NCBI GenBank assembly: GCA_963720565.1
Contig: CAVRFW010000013.1
Location: 64,001-128,000, forward strand
Reading direction: 5' to 3'
Length of the DNA stretch: 64,000 nucleotides
DNA from: Candidatus Bathyarchaeota archaeon
Lineage (GTDB): Archaea; Thermoproteota; Bathyarchaeia; Bathyarchaeales; Bathycorpusculaceae
Both the position numbers and the translations under genes were made by a program. Below, one piece after another: positions 42,223-53,109 of this stretch. The first letter of the stretch is position 1. Each line of letters begins with the position of its first letter. The notes under the pieces are model-generated. The model saw only the letters and a program-made list of their open reading frames with translations. It ran no database searches and was not told where the DNA came from.

Positions 42223-43684
42223 TTACCGTTTGACGGTTGCCTGATATGGGTCCGGCCTTATCCCAAGAGGGTTGCTCTCATTCGTCTTTTGTTTCCTGCG
42301 CTCACTTGCTGTTTTCTGGGTGTCGTGGTCTGGTATGATGGTTTCGACGTCACGTACGGTGCGGATGGCGTAGACACTGAGGCTGAATGCTGCGCCGAGC
42401 AGTCCGGTTAAAATGAATATGAGAGCCATGCCTGAACCTTCTCCAGTTCCCACAAGCCATCCAAAAACCGGTGCCAGCGAGCCTCCGGGCTTCATAGCCG
42501 GCTCGAACACCGCATCGGCAAGCAGACCTGCGAGTACCATTGCCGGTGGAGCTGAGACTTGGGCTATCAGGCGTCTGGTGGCAAACACTCGGCCTTGCAG
42601 GTCTGGTACCACTTTGGACTGCCAGATAGCCTGATTTGAGGCGTTGATCACTGGGCTGACGAACATTCCTGCAAAGGACACTGGGATCCAGACCGTGGCG
42701 TCAGCACCAAGTCCCATTAGCACAGTACCTATAAGGTGGGACAGGGTCCAGCCGAGTAGGACTCCGTGGATACGGCGTTTGGGTCCACCCCAAATGGTGA
42801 GCACGATGCTTCCGACCATTCCGCCGATGGCGGCGGCTGACATGACGCTACCGTAGATTATTGAGTTGTCGCCGGTTCTAGAGGACCATAGGCGCCAGGA
42901 GCGTGAAGTACATGCTGCCGAGGAAGTTGTTTGCCAGAAACGTCAGCTGCAAGCCCAACAGGCTGGGGTATTTGATGATGTACCGGAAGCCGTACAGTGA
43001 TTCTTTCCAGAGGCTTCCCATGCTGCGACGTCCCTCCTCAGTAATCGGAGGCTTAGGCACGTATACCAGCAGTAGCATGGCTAAGGCCACCGAGAGCGTT
43101 GTGATGTCAATCATCATTATGCCCTCGATACCTATGATGGTCAGCAGCAGGGCAGCAGCTATAGGGGCGAAGAAACCTGATGCAAACTCAGCCGTGGCCA
43201 GCATGCTCTGCGCACGTGCGTAATGCTTCTTGTGCACCATCATGGTTACGGCGGCTGAGTAGGCTGGAAAGTGGAAGGACTGGAAAGTGCCCGATATGGC
43301 TCCGGTAATGTAGAGCATCCAGATCTGCAGGTTGCCTGAGGAGTACAGTAAGAGCAGCGCCACTGTGGGCAGACCCGCCGCCAGGTCAGCAAGCATCATT
43401 ATCTTCTTCCTGTCGTATCGATCCACGATTGCGCCAGCTACCGGGCTGAAAAGCACAACAGGCGCGAAACTTGCGAACCCCACGAACGCCAAGACGGTAG
43501 CTTGACCCGTGACCTGCCACGCCCAAATAGTCAAAGCAAAACCCGTCATAGTCGTGCCCAGCAGAGACAGCATCTGACCAATCCAGACGACCGTGAACCC
43601 GAGCATGCCTGACCGACCGTGCTCAGCAGGCGACTTCGCAGCTCCCTCTGCCTTCGACTGCATAAACAACCCCCCTGACTTCAA
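42223..43684 (-). CDS. MFS transporter (MefA/DHA3-like), one frameshift near 42880
   Basis: WIGQMLSLLG, GAIVDRYDRKKIM, QSKVVPDLQGRVFA. Confidence 0.88.
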
Positions 43685-43925
43685 CGCGATTCTCCCCTTC
43701 TTTTAGGTCACAACAAGTTGCGTCCCCAGTATCGTTTGAAACACTCTTATGCCTTGCGGGAGATTGCAGATGTGCCGTCTGTCAGTAGAGCGCGTCTGAT
43801 AGAACGATAGTTTCGTTCGATCTGAATTGTAAAAGAAAATGGATTGCGGAGTGGTTGTTGTTGCTGTGGTTTGTAGCGTCTGTTTTAAACTTGTTTCCGT
43901 TGTATTATTCTTTCAGACAGCATTC

Positions 43926-44078
43926 CTATTCAGAGTTAAGCCAAAGCACAGCGCCTGCAAGCGAAATAGCCATGCCAAACGGGTAGTTTAACTCGACATT
44001 ATAGGCAAAACCCTCAAACATTACCACAAGACCAATAATCACGAGGAAAAATCCAATCAATTTCCTGCTAATCCTCAT
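43926..44078 (-). CDS. Small 2-TM protein (50 aa)
   Basis: MRISRKLIGFFLVIIGLVVMFEGFAYNVELNYPFGMAISLAGAVLWLNSE. Confidence 0.45.
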   Translation of the reverse strand: MRISRKLIGFFLVIIGLVVMFEGFAYNVELNYPFGMAISLAGAVLWLNSE

Positions 44079-44210
44079 CCCAAACGAAACCAGCTACTTC
44101 AGTTCGCTTCAAGAGCTACTTAACATTTTCTGTAAAGGAAAATTGACTGGTTTTGCCAAGTACATTTCACTAACTCCTATCCTACCGATAGGGTTCCACT
44201 GCACTTTCAA

Positions 44211-45626
44211 CTAATGTTGCCGTGTCTTAAATTCTCTGAACTTGCGCGGTAGCTTAACTCTGGAAATCGCAGCTGAAAATAATTCTCTTACTGCTGGAAA
44301 CTCTGTAGCTTTTAGTATACTTACAATTTCGACTCTGCCAATTATCATGGCTATAATGAGAAGCCATTTGTATCCTAGCGGAAGCGCAATTGTGGTTGCG
44401 CCCATACTGATACCGTTCGTGGTCAGCGCAGATCCCACCTCGAACAATGAGTCAAGAAAGCTAATTCCTATCGTCATGAAAACCAGGCTGAGAATAATCA
44501 ACACAGCAACGAAACCAATTATAGATTCAATTATAGATTTTACCTCATCACGATTTGGCGCATCGTCGCTTTTGCATACTGCACTGATGAGCTTGTACAC
44601 GCGTTGAATTCTTATTCCACCGGCCATACTGAAAGTGCAGCCTCCCACCAATCCTATTATTATGAAAACAATTTTTGCTGCAAGAGGCGTCCCGGACACA
44701 CTCAGGTACTCGATGCCGCTTGATGACGACATTGTTATAACATGAAATAGGGCATCAAAAGGATTTATCCAAGCAAGGAGCGAGATGGCAACCGTGAAGA
44801 TGGCGATTGCTGCGAGGTAAATTTTAATTTCTGGAGTCAAGAGCTCTCGAAGTCTCAACCGGAAGAGGTTGTAGTGAAAGCGGAAGTTAAATGATCCAAT
44901 CAGCATGAGAACAATTATGCTTATTTGGAACACACCGATCCCTGCTGTCACGTTTGGCTGATATCCTCCGGTCAACACGTCTATTGCGGCGCAACTTGCA
45001 GTTACTAAGTTATTATCATATGTGACATAGAAGATTCCAGTGAACGTAACAACAAAAAGGGTGTAAACCAATAGTATCGAGGCGAAGACTTTCTTGAGGT
45101 TGTCGCCAAGTATTTCAATCCCGAAGGCTTCACCAAAGGCTCCAAGCTCATCTTTAGGATACAAGAAAGCCGCGAGAATGTAGATAAAACCTATTCCCCC
45201 TATAAATTCGATAAAACTGCGATAGAAAAACAATGAGACGGGTAAAAACTGAGGTTGCGCGATCATGCTGAAACCAGTTGTTGTGAAGCCGCTGACAACC
45301 TCGAAATAGGCATTCGTGAAAAGTTCAAACACGTTACTGCTGTTGAAAACATTGTTCCAAACATATGGAATCGCAAGCACAAGCGGAATGACCATGAAAG
45401 TCAAGAGCAGCAGCCAAAGAGATGTTTTTTCATCTAGGTCTTTGCGTTCACAAAATGAATTGAAGACAAAGCCAGCTCCGAACGCGAGGAAACATGTAGT
45501 TACTAAACTTGCGACAGCTGTTAATTCGCCGTGTTGGAAGCCTATACCGATTGGCAGGAACAATAACAAGCCTACTATTTGGAGAAGAAAACCGATATTC
45601 GCAACAATTCGGCGCATGCCTTCCAA
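44211..45626 (-). CDS. trkH: TrkH-family potassium uptake membrane protein
   Basis: FEVVSGFTTTGFS, GGCTFSMAGGIR, FEVGSALTTNGIS, MIIGRVEI. Confidence 0.88.
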   Translation of the reverse strand: MEGMRRIVANIGFLLQIVGLLLFLPIGIGFQHGELTAVASLVTTCFLAFGAGFVFNSFCERKDLDEKTSLWLLLLTFMVIPLVLAIPYVWNNVFNSSNVFELFTNAYFEVVSGFTTTGFSMIAQPQFLPVSLFFYRSFIEFIGGIGFIYILAAFLYPKDELGAFGEAFGIEILGDNLKKVFASILLVYTLFVVTFTGIFYVTYDNNLVTASCAAIDVLTGGYQPNVTAGIGVFQISIIVLMLIGSFNFRFHYNLFRLRLRELLTPEIKIYLAAIAIFTVAISLLAWINPFDALFHVITMSSSSGIEYLSVSGTPLAAKIVFIIIGLVGGCTFSMAGGIRIQRVYKLISAVCKSDDAPNRDEVKSIIESIIGFVAVLIILSLVFMTIGISFLDSLFEVGSALTTNGISMGATTIALPLGYKWLLIIAMIIGRVEIVSILKATEFPAVRELFSAAISRVKLPRKFREFKTRQH

Positions 45627-45667
45627 AATTTATGCCCCAGTCTGTCAATTCCTACTTTGTTACTTTC

Positions 45668-46981
45668 TTAGGTTTCGAAGTAATGTTGAATTGCATTATA
45701 ACCCTTTCTCAATGAAAGCGCGTGCTTTTTGGCTCTGTTTCTCAGCAGATACAAAACCGAACTGACGATAGTAACAACTGCGGCAACACCCCAAGATTCC
45801 GGCGGCAAAGAAAACATTAGAATTATGCAGCTGATAATACCGAGTGAAGGAATCAAAGGATGGTAAGGAACCTTGAATTTTGCAGGGGTCGGAATCTTCT
45901 TCCTCAATCGTATCGCAGAAAGGTTTACAATCAGATGGGTCGCAAGGATTGCGAAACTCGTTATTGCAACCGTCTGTCTTAAATCCAATGCAAAAGCTAA
46001 AACCGTTAATAGCGCACCCATTGCAAGAACAGAAATGTAGGGGGTCCCGAACTTTGATGAAACTCTCGCGATTGACTTCGGTAATTGACCATTCCTTGCC
46101 ATCGCAAACGCGACCCTCGACGAACCAATGAGATTTGTCAAAAGAACGCTTGCGGTGGCGATCAATGCCCCAACAGAAACGGCGGCAACTAATGGGAGGT
46201 TTCCTGTTGCTTCTGCTGCAGTTGCAAGTGGCGAACCAGACTGTGCAAGGATTCTATAGTCTTGGAGCCCCGTCGCCGTAAGACCAGTCAAAACATACAT
46301 TACGACAGACACTACCAGAGCAATTAAAACAGACAACGGCAAATTCCTTTCGGGATTCTTGACTTCTTCACCGAGCGTTGCTATTCTTCCAAAACCAAGG
46401 TAAGCAAAGAAGATGAATCCTGCCCCTTGAAGAATCCCAGACAAACCGTTTGGGCTAAACTGAGAGAGATTCTGCGGATGGAAATGGAAAATTCCGAATC
46501 CAATAAAGAGACCGAGAACCGCAATTTTCAACATGACCAAGACATTGTTGACTGTGGTAGATTGTTTTGTTCCGACGAGGTTCAAAAAGGTCAATGTTAA
46601 TGCAGCTACGACCGCAACAATCTTGAGAGAGAACATCGGAAAAATCGCCACAAAATAGCTTGCAAATCCCAAACTAATAGCTGCCCCCGCTACAATCTGA
46701 GCGAATAGCCACAAACATCCAACGACGAAAGCCGCAAATGGGGAAATCAACTCGTATGCGTAAGTGTAGGAGCCGCCTTCTTTTGGAATTGCTGAACCCA
46801 ATTCGGCAAAGCTGAAAGCAGTAAAAGAGGCAACTATACCAGCGACAATTATGGAAATGACGACGGCTGGTCCAGCATAACCAATAGCTAGACCTAGGAC
46901 GACAAAAATTCCAGCGCCGATTATTGCTCCAATGCCTACTGCTGTAGCATCCAGAAGATTAAGGGTTCTTTTGAGTCCCAC
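45668..46981 (-). CDS. APC-family amino acid permease
   Basis: GAIIGAGIF, AELGSAIPKEGGSY, FFAYLGF, EEVKNPERNLP. Confidence 0.92.
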   Translation of the reverse strand: MGLKRTLNLLDATAVGIGAIIGAGIFVVLGLAIGYAGPAVVISIIVAGIVASFTAFSFAELGSAIPKEGGSYTYAYELISPFAAFVVGCLWLFAQIVAGAAISLGFASYFVAIFPMFSLKIVAVVAALTLTFLNLVGTKQSTTVNNVLVMLKIAVLGLFIGFGIFHFHPQNLSQFSPNGLSGILQGAGFIFFAYLGFGRIATLGEEVKNPERNLPLSVLIALVVSVVMYVLTGLTATGLQDYRILAQSGSPLATAAEATGNLPLVAAVSVGALIATASVLLTNLIGSSRVAFAMARNGQLPKSIARVSSKFGTPYISVLAMGALLTVLAFALDLRQTVAITSFAILATHLIVNLSAIRLRKKIPTPAKFKVPYHPLIPSLGIISCIILMFSLPPESWGVAAVVTIVSSVLYLLRNRAKKHALSLRKGYNAIQHYFET

Positions 46982-47079
46982 GATTTATCACTTTTTGCAC
47001 CAAGATCGATCTGAAAGGAATCACAACAAGTTCGCTCCAAACGTTGAGTCAAAATGCAAATATTCTACTAGCTTAACCA

Positions 47080-47394
47080 TCAAGGCTGGGATTTTGCCAG
47101 CTCCTGTTTCTCGTTGAGCTGGTCCAGCAAAACTTCACGCATCATATCACAGGCCTGATTGATTTTGGGATTGGCAGTTCGGTAGAAAATGCTTGACCCC
47201 TGTTTCCTTGTCTTCACAATTCCTCTCTGTCTCAATAGAGCCAAGTGCTGAGAAAGGTTCGACTGGTGTGCACCAAATATTTCAGCAAGCTCGTTCACCG
47301 TTTTCTCCCCGTCTCTCAGAGAATGCAAAATGGCAAGCCGAAGAGGGTGAGCAAGAGTTTTAGAAATTTCAGCCTGCAACTCATAAATTGCCAT
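47080..47394 (-). CDS. ArsR/SmtB family transcription factor
   Basis: KTLAHPLRLAIL, SNLSQHLALLR..GIV. Confidence 0.92.
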   Translation of the reverse strand: MAIYELQAEISKTLAHPLRLAILHSLRDGEKTVNELAEIFGAHQSNLSQHLALLRQRGIVKTRKQGSSIFYRTANPKINQACDMMREVLLDQLNEKQELAKSQP

Positions 47395-47542
47395 ATCAAA
47401 CTTCCCTTTTTCCACAACAGCCACTCCATGCGAATATTCTAACATTATTGCACTCTCTTAAGCCTTATCGGCTTGAAAACAAAACAAGGCAAAAAACTTT
47501 GGATATTCATTATTCTTTTATCGCATCTCAAATTGCTGCCGA

Positions 47543-48349
47543 TTATTGTATAAACATACCATGCCAAGTGTGATACCAGACCTGACCGGTCAAGTCGTTA
47601 ACGCTTAGCATTCCGTAAGTCGTGCCGTTGCTGAGAACTTCGAATGTGTAGTATCCATAGAACGTTGTTGCGTCTCCGACTGTTGTGCCTTGCAGATAAC
47701 TGTTTAGGTATTGCTGTGCATTGGTTTCGGCTTGTTCAACGGTAATTGTCGGAGTTGTTGTTGCGGATCCTTTGTACCAGTTGCAGTATCCCGTTTTAAA
47801 GGTGTATTTGGTGTTCCACATCATGTTTGGACCCATTTCAGGTCTGACTACACCAGTGTTCTTGTTGATTAGCAGTTCAAAGGCACCGTATCCTGTGCTC
47901 TTCTCGCCGACTTGCACGTAGAAGTTTTCGGTGAACTCCTCGACTTCGTTAACAGTTAGATCAGGGTTGTTTAGCGAAGCGACGTAAGTGTTTGCTACTT
48001 CACTTGCTAGGCCTATCGTTAGAGGTGCTGTTGCCGTTCCGGTTGTCGGGTTGCCAAAGGGCCCATTGCCCCATCGTCCGAAGCATCCTCCCCATCCTCC
48101 GTTGAACCGATATCCGGGAGTAACGACTTGTGTGTTTGGCGCGTACAGTGTGGGTGTTTGTGTGTTTGTCTCCGTGACTGGGGGCAGGTATTTTGTTGGC
48201 GGCGTTGTCGGTGCAAACGTTGGTCTTGTGAAGGGGCTGTTTGTTGCTGGTCTAAATCCCCACCAGCAAAATGCGTAAGCTGAAGCTGCAGTCAGCACTA
48301 TTGCTGTCAATGCCAGAGCTGCGATTGTGCCTATTTTAAAAGTTTTCAT
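47543..48349 (-). CDS. Secreted protein with PepSY-like repeats
   Basis: Signal peptide; EVEEFTENFY, GAFELLI, PEMGPNMMWNTKY, GMLSVN..TGQVWYHTWHG. Confidence 0.7.
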   Translation of the reverse strand: MKTFKIGTIAALALTAIVLTAASAYAFCWWGFRPATNSPFTRPTFAPTTPPTKYLPPVTETNTQTPTLYAPNTQVVTPGYRFNGGWGGCFGRWGNGPFGNPTTGTATAPLTIGLASEVANTYVASLNNPDLTVNEVEEFTENFYVQVGEKSTGYGAFELLINKNTGVVRPEMGPNMMWNTKYTFKTGYCNWYKGSATTTPTITVEQAETNAQQYLNSYLQGTTVGDATTFYGYYTFEVLSNGTTYGMLSVNDLTGQVWYHTWHGMFIQ

Positions 48350-48885
48350 TCCATTTCACCATATTCTAATATAATAACATTGAAGTATAACGGGCTTATA
48401 AATCTGCCTACCCTACGACAGCAAATTACACATAACCATCCCAGAGCACGAAAAACTATCAATTAACTCCAAATCTGGTTAAATTAGACATGCTCTGCAA
48501 GGTAGTGGGCTTCTGAAACCCAAGCTCTCCGCAAGGAGGCATTAATACTCATTAGGACGCCCGCAGAAAAATAGTGGAAGGAAAATTGAGAATGCAAATC
48601 TCAACAACTAATACCCTATCAAGAATTTAGTTTAGAGACCTCTTTACCCCGAATCTCTTCCATCCAGCTTTCTCTGATTTATCCTTCACGTTCAATTTAA
48701 ACAGTAATAGCGCCTTAAAAAAGGGGGTATTTGAAAGTTTATTGCCTTCAAGCTGTTTAACGTTTTCTGAGCAGTAGCGCTAGTACAACACCGACTATTG
48801 CTATTACCACGAATAAGCCGATTAAAAAGGCTCGCGCGAAAATTATTAAAGGACTATTACACATACCATACTTATGGGAACATAA

Positions 48886-48978
48886 ATGCCAAAAAAAGAG
48901 AAACCGTTAACCAAGAAAGAGCGAGACGAGAAAAGAAAGAAACGCAAAGAAAAGCAAAGCAAAACGCAGACTTCTTAA
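48886..48978 (+). CDS. Putative very small basic protein (30 aa)
   Basis: MPKKEKPLTKKERDEKRKKRKEKQSKTQTS; AAAATTATTAAA upstream, T-tract downstream. Confidence 0.45.
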   Translation: MPKKEKPLTKKERDEKRKKRKEKQSKTQTS

Positions 48979-49149
48979 GCCCCAACCAAGAGCTTTGCTA
49001 TACCCTTTTTCTCTTTTATCCATAATGTTGGATTCTTTACTGAATTGAAGAAAAGGCTGCTAGTTTCGGATATTATGGTATTTCTCAATTACTGGGAAGG
49101 AAAAGCGTTTTTAGCTTGATTGTTTATTGAATATTTGTAGTTGATATTT

Positions 49150-49278
49150 ATGCCGAGTGTAGCGACACGTAAAGCAAAGAATACTCAGAAAGCACAACAG
49201 AAAAAAATGGAACGGGAAAAAGAAGCGAAAAAGAAACAGTTAAGACAGCAACTTCCTGCCAAGGGCAAGAAACGCTAA
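49150..49278 (+). CDS. Putative small basic protein (42 aa)
   Basis: MPSVATRKAKNTQKAQQKKMEREKEAKKKQLRQQLPAKGKKR. Confidence 0.5.
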   Translation: MPSVATRKAKNTQKAQQKKMEREKEAKKKQLRQQLPAKGKKR

Positions 49279-49437
49279 AGCTACAAACTGAGCTACGGTT
49301 ACCAATTAAAAGCTTAGTGCGCGCGCGAACGTCCCCCTACGGGAACCTTGCTGGCAGTTTTCTGCATAGCACCCATTCTAACCCGCCCGGTTTCTTTTAA
49401 TAGGATACTTTGCCAATTATTGATGGGAGTAATAACT

Positions 49438-49644
49438 ATGGTCACAAGAGGTGCACGTAGGATAGGTAGGACGATAAGGAAGCTGGGTAACAGTGTAGAG
49501 CTCAGCTCGAAAGAAAGCACGGCGAAGGAATCAGAGAAGAAATACCGAGAGAAAGCTCGAAAGCTCTCGGGATATGATGAGGACTCGCCGGTTCAAAGCA
49601 TTCGCGACCCGCTCATTGATAGCAGAGAATCAACAGTATCATAA
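49438..49644 (+). CDS. Putative small charged protein (68 aa)
   Basis: MVTRGARRIGRTIRKLG...; GGGAG upstream. Confidence 0.5.
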   Translation: MVTRGARRIGRTIRKLGNSVELSSKESTAKESEKKYREKARKLSGYDEDSPVQSIRDPLIDSRESTVS

Positions 49645-49793
49645 GCGTCTTGAAACCAATACGCCGGCTTCCTTGCATTCTCCATAGTTTTGAGGTATAT
49701 GGTTAATTTCGATTTGGAATTTTGACTTTTTTGTGCGTAACTTAAAATAGTGGCTGACTAAATTTATTGGACAAAATTTGACGTGGGAAACTA

Positions 49794-50468
49794 TTGCCGA
49801 AGACAGCCACAAAAAAAGAAAAAGCAATGGGACTCGGAGCTGTTGTATTGATTGGGTCTTTGGGTTTCATGATTCTGTTTGTCGGAAGCCTTAGACTTGG
49901 CACAGATATTATTCATGTGGCTTGCGTCGGTGATAGCATTACAGAGGGCTCAGGATATCCGTCAAACCTGCAGGCAATGCTTGGCAATGCCTATTTTGTT
50001 GGTAATTTCGGCGTTACTGGTTCCGCGGTGTCTTCAGATTCAGACACACCTTACATTAGTCAGTCTGCATTCCTTAGAGGGAAATCGTTCCAACCTTCGA
50101 TCGTAATCATTATGCTAGGCACCAATGATGCTGCAGAAAGCTTGAACAGTTCAATCGCAGATTTCACAACTGATTACAGGAACTTGGTCAAGGAGTATCA
50201 GAGCCTCGAAAGCAACCCTGAAATTTGGCTTGTGAATCCTCCTCCGCTTTTTGAGAACAATCTCAATCTCAGCAACACGAATCTGCTGCGGAACATTATC
50301 CCGAGCATTGAACAAGTTGCAGTCGAGCTTGATTTGCAGGTGATCGACGTTAACGCGGCCTTGGAGGATTGTCCGGAATATTTTGGGGATGGCGTTCATC
50401 CTAACACTGAAGGCGCAGCACTCATCGCCAGAACTGTATGTCAAACCGTGGGTTCTGCCAAGGTGTGA
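49794..50468 (+). CDS. SGNH/GDSL esterase
   Basis: CVGDSIT, NFGVTG, MLGTND, DGVHP. Confidence 0.92.
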   Translation: MPKTATKKEKAMGLGAVVLIGSLGFMILFVGSLRLGTDIIHVACVGDSITEGSGYPSNLQAMLGNAYFVGNFGVTGSAVSSDSDTPYISQSAFLRGKSFQPSIVIIMLGTNDAAESLNSSIADFTTDYRNLVKEYQSLESNPEIWLVNPPPLFENNLNLSNTNLLRNIIPSIEQVAVELDLQVIDVNAALEDCPEYFGDGVHPNTEGAALIARTVCQTVGSAKV

Positions 50469-50780
50469 AGAAACGACAATTAATGGTTAATCGCCATTTT
50501 TCGCCAGAAGTTTTGAGGTTCCCATAATTGCAGCCGTTACGCTGATCTGTCTAGCAGTCATAATCCCTCTCAAGAAGGCACCCGCAATCAAAAGGCTAAT
50601 TGGCTAACGATAAACGTGGGCACTTCAATCCTGTCTGACTCATATGGTCTTTCCGCTTTTTTCACTCGATCATGGAATCACATGTTTTATACATAGCGTC
50701 TAGTTTGTAGAACAAACCGTTCTGCAACATGGTATTTTATAGAAAGAGTTGCGAAACACAAACAGGTGGAGGTGAGACAA

Positions 50781-51563
50781 ATGAGTTTTGATAATAATCG
50801 CCTAGCCTTGACAAAAATTCAAGCAATCTTGTGCGTGATTGTTCTAGCGTCTTCAATTGTACTCGTCGCGTACGGTCTCAATGCTCTCAGCGCGGAGCCT
50901 GCACTTTTCTTCTTAACCATAAAAAACAGACCTGCATCCTTCGGTGAGGCTTTTTATGCAGTTCCAAACCAAAAATTCCTTCTGCTGGTGACTGTTGGAG
51001 AGGAGGACCAAAGCAACATCGAAGCCAAAACTGTTGCGATAACAGCTGCATCACCAGGCTGCGAGGTAACAGTCTATCCCCAAGCAATATCTCCCGGACA
51101 AGTTGGCGAGGTCACAGTTATACCCAACGAGGGTCAAGTGGGCAAGAATGTAACGGTAACGATTCAGGGAGAAAGAGGCGGAACCAGCCAGACAGAGACA
51201 ATCACTTTTGAAGTCATAGAAGAGGAAGACAGAGAGGCAACTTTGGGTCCCGAAGCTATTCTGATGCGTGACAAGTTCGTTCAGTGGTTTGCACTGGAAC
51301 ATCAAGAGTTTGCCATTACAAACGAGACTGTGTGGACTGGCACCGTAGTTAACCCCAGGGTCTTGGTGGTAATGCACTACATGTTTCTCTCCGAGGACTG
51401 GGAAATGTACGTCACATGGCACGTAATGATACCACCCTACGACTGGTCACGCGTTTACTTGAGACCGAGATACAACGCAACTGCGCCCACCTATGCTTTC
51501 GAGATATCTTCAATTCAGGGACAAGCTGAACCACAAGCAATCGAGATTCCCGACTGGGTATAA
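50781..51563 (+). CDS. Membrane-anchored hypothetical protein
   Basis: GGAGGTGA SD, N-terminal TM, Ig-like segment, WHVMIPPYDW. Confidence 0.7.
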   Translation: MSFDNNRLALTKIQAILCVIVLASSIVLVAYGLNALSAEPALFFLTIKNRPASFGEAFYAVPNQKFLLLVTVGEEDQSNIEAKTVAITAASPGCEVTVYPQAISPGQVGEVTVIPNEGQVGKNVTVTIQGERGGTSQTETITFEVIEEEDREATLGPEAILMRDKFVQWFALEHQEFAITNETVWTGTVVNPRVLVVMHYMFLSEDWEMYVTWHVMIPPYDWSRVYLRPRYNATAPTYAFEISSIQGQAEPQAIEIPDWV

Positions 51564-51686
51564 AACAGAAATCAGTTTACTAGGGCTGCAACACCGTTTG
51601 CTGCCCATCATGTTTTATTAGGCGTTGCCATAAGGCTTATCAGGTTGACCCTTGCTTCCTGCGGTAATTCGCAGGTTACGTGTCGT

Positions 51687-52652
51687 ATGGGAAATCTTAT
51701 AGTTGCTGTGATAGGCGCATCTGGTTACGCTGATAGTCTTGGCAAAAAAGGTACGGCCACGGACATAATTCTTTATGACTTGAAAAGAGGCACTGATTCC
51801 ATCACGTTTATCGAACCCACGAAATATCCGGAGAGAATTGCCCCGCTTTTCTATGCTGTAGCAATGGCCGATAAGGCAGTGGTTGTCGTGGACGAGTTGA
51901 ACGCAACTTTTGGCGAATGCTTGGTGATGCTCCAGTGCTCCAACATTAAAGGCGGCTGCTTCATTCTAAGAAACTATTTGACTCGAGACAAAATCGAACC
52001 TTTGATAAGGGGAACCTGCCTGGAAAAGTTTGAGTTTGCCGAGGACAACCCAGCGTTGTTGAGAGAGCGCTTCATAGCTGAAGCTGCCCAACAAGAGCCA
52101 GAAACCGAAGTCGAAAGCGGCGTTGGAACTGTGCCTGTGGATCACGCGTTTAACGTGAAGGGCGTCGGCCCCGTGATTCTCGGTACCGTAACAAGTGGCA
52201 GCGTCATGAAGCATGATGCAATGCAGGTTCTTCCTGGAGGAAAAACGGCGCAGGTCCGCTCGATTCAGAAGCAAGATGACGAGTTTGACTCGGCGTATGA
52301 AGGAGACCGGGTCGGTCTTGCATTGAGAAACGTTGAGGTTGCAGACCTGGACAGGGGAACAGTCTTAACGCGGGATCCCGCTGTTAAGTGTTCAAAGTTG
52401 TTGGATACGCATGCATTGCTGGTTAAGTATTGGCCGGCGAAAATCAAGACGGGTATGATTTTGCATGTGGGGCATTGGATGCAATTCATCAACGGCAGGG
52501 TTGAAGCCGTCAGCGACGAGGGAGACTGGCGCAAACCTATTCTAACAGTAGCCTTGGACAGGGAACTGATACATCGGCCAGGCGACCAAGCTGTGCTGAT
52601 GCATTTGGAAGGCGGAAAACTGCGCGTAGCCGGCACGATAGAGCTGCCCTAA
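51687..52652 (+). CDS. SelB-like protein with degenerate G domain (EF-Tu domain II)
   Basis: LGKKGTATDI; VDHAFNVKGVGPVILG, VRSIQ, GDRVGLALR, LDRG. Confidence 0.85.
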   Translation: MGNLIVAVIGASGYADSLGKKGTATDIILYDLKRGTDSITFIEPTKYPERIAPLFYAVAMADKAVVVVDELNATFGECLVMLQCSNIKGGCFILRNYLTRDKIEPLIRGTCLEKFEFAEDNPALLRERFIAEAAQQEPETEVESGVGTVPVDHAFNVKGVGPVILGTVTSGSVMKHDAMQVLPGGKTAQVRSIQKQDDEFDSAYEGDRVGLALRNVEVADLDRGTVLTRDPAVKCSKLLDTHALLVKYWPAKIKTGMILHVGHWMQFINGRVEAVSDEGDWRKPILTVALDRELIHRPGDQAVLMHLEGGKLRVAGTIELP

Positions 52653-52688
52653 CTGCTTGCTCAAATCCATCTTGCTTTTTTGGTTAGT

Positions 52689-53102
52689 TTATGTGCCTAT
52701 TTTTTCTCTGAGAGTCTGCAGGTAAGCTGCTAGGCTTTCGATGCATTGGATGTCTCTTCTCAGCAGGCCTTGAAGCTCCTTCCACAGTGTTATGTTCGGT
52801 GTTATGCCCGATCGTTCCAGACTCTGTTTTAGCTTCTTTGTTCCTTCTTTGCCTCGTCGGTCAAAATCAAGAAACAGTATGACCTCTCTTCTGCCCAATT
52901 GTTCAAGTTCTGTGACAACGTCCAAGAATGATTTGCCGCCTGTTTTGGCCGCAAGCAATACGCCTTCAACACCTAGCGTGAGCAGGGTTTCGACGTCTTT
53001 TTTTCCCTCAACGATTATGGGAGTGCCGTTTGCCGATTCTGCTTTTAATGCTTCCAGGATTTCTTGGATTCTTTCTTCTTTGTCCTTTAGGCGAGTTGAC
53101 AA
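52689..53102 (-). CDS. Small TOPRIM domain protein
   Basis: IIVEGKKD, FLDFDRRG. Confidence 0.88.
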   Translation of the reverse strand: MSTRLKDKEERIQEILEALKAESANGTPIIVEGKKDVETLLTLGVEGVLLAAKTGGKSFLDVVTELEQLGRREVILFLDFDRRGKEGTKKLKQSLERSGITPNITLWKELQGLLRRDIQCIESLAAYLQTLREKIGT

Positions 53103-53109
53103 TCGGGGT

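Noticed and set aside
51687..52652. Selenocysteine system
   Set aside because: There is no tRNA-Sec, SelD or SECIS evidence, and the G domain is degenerate.
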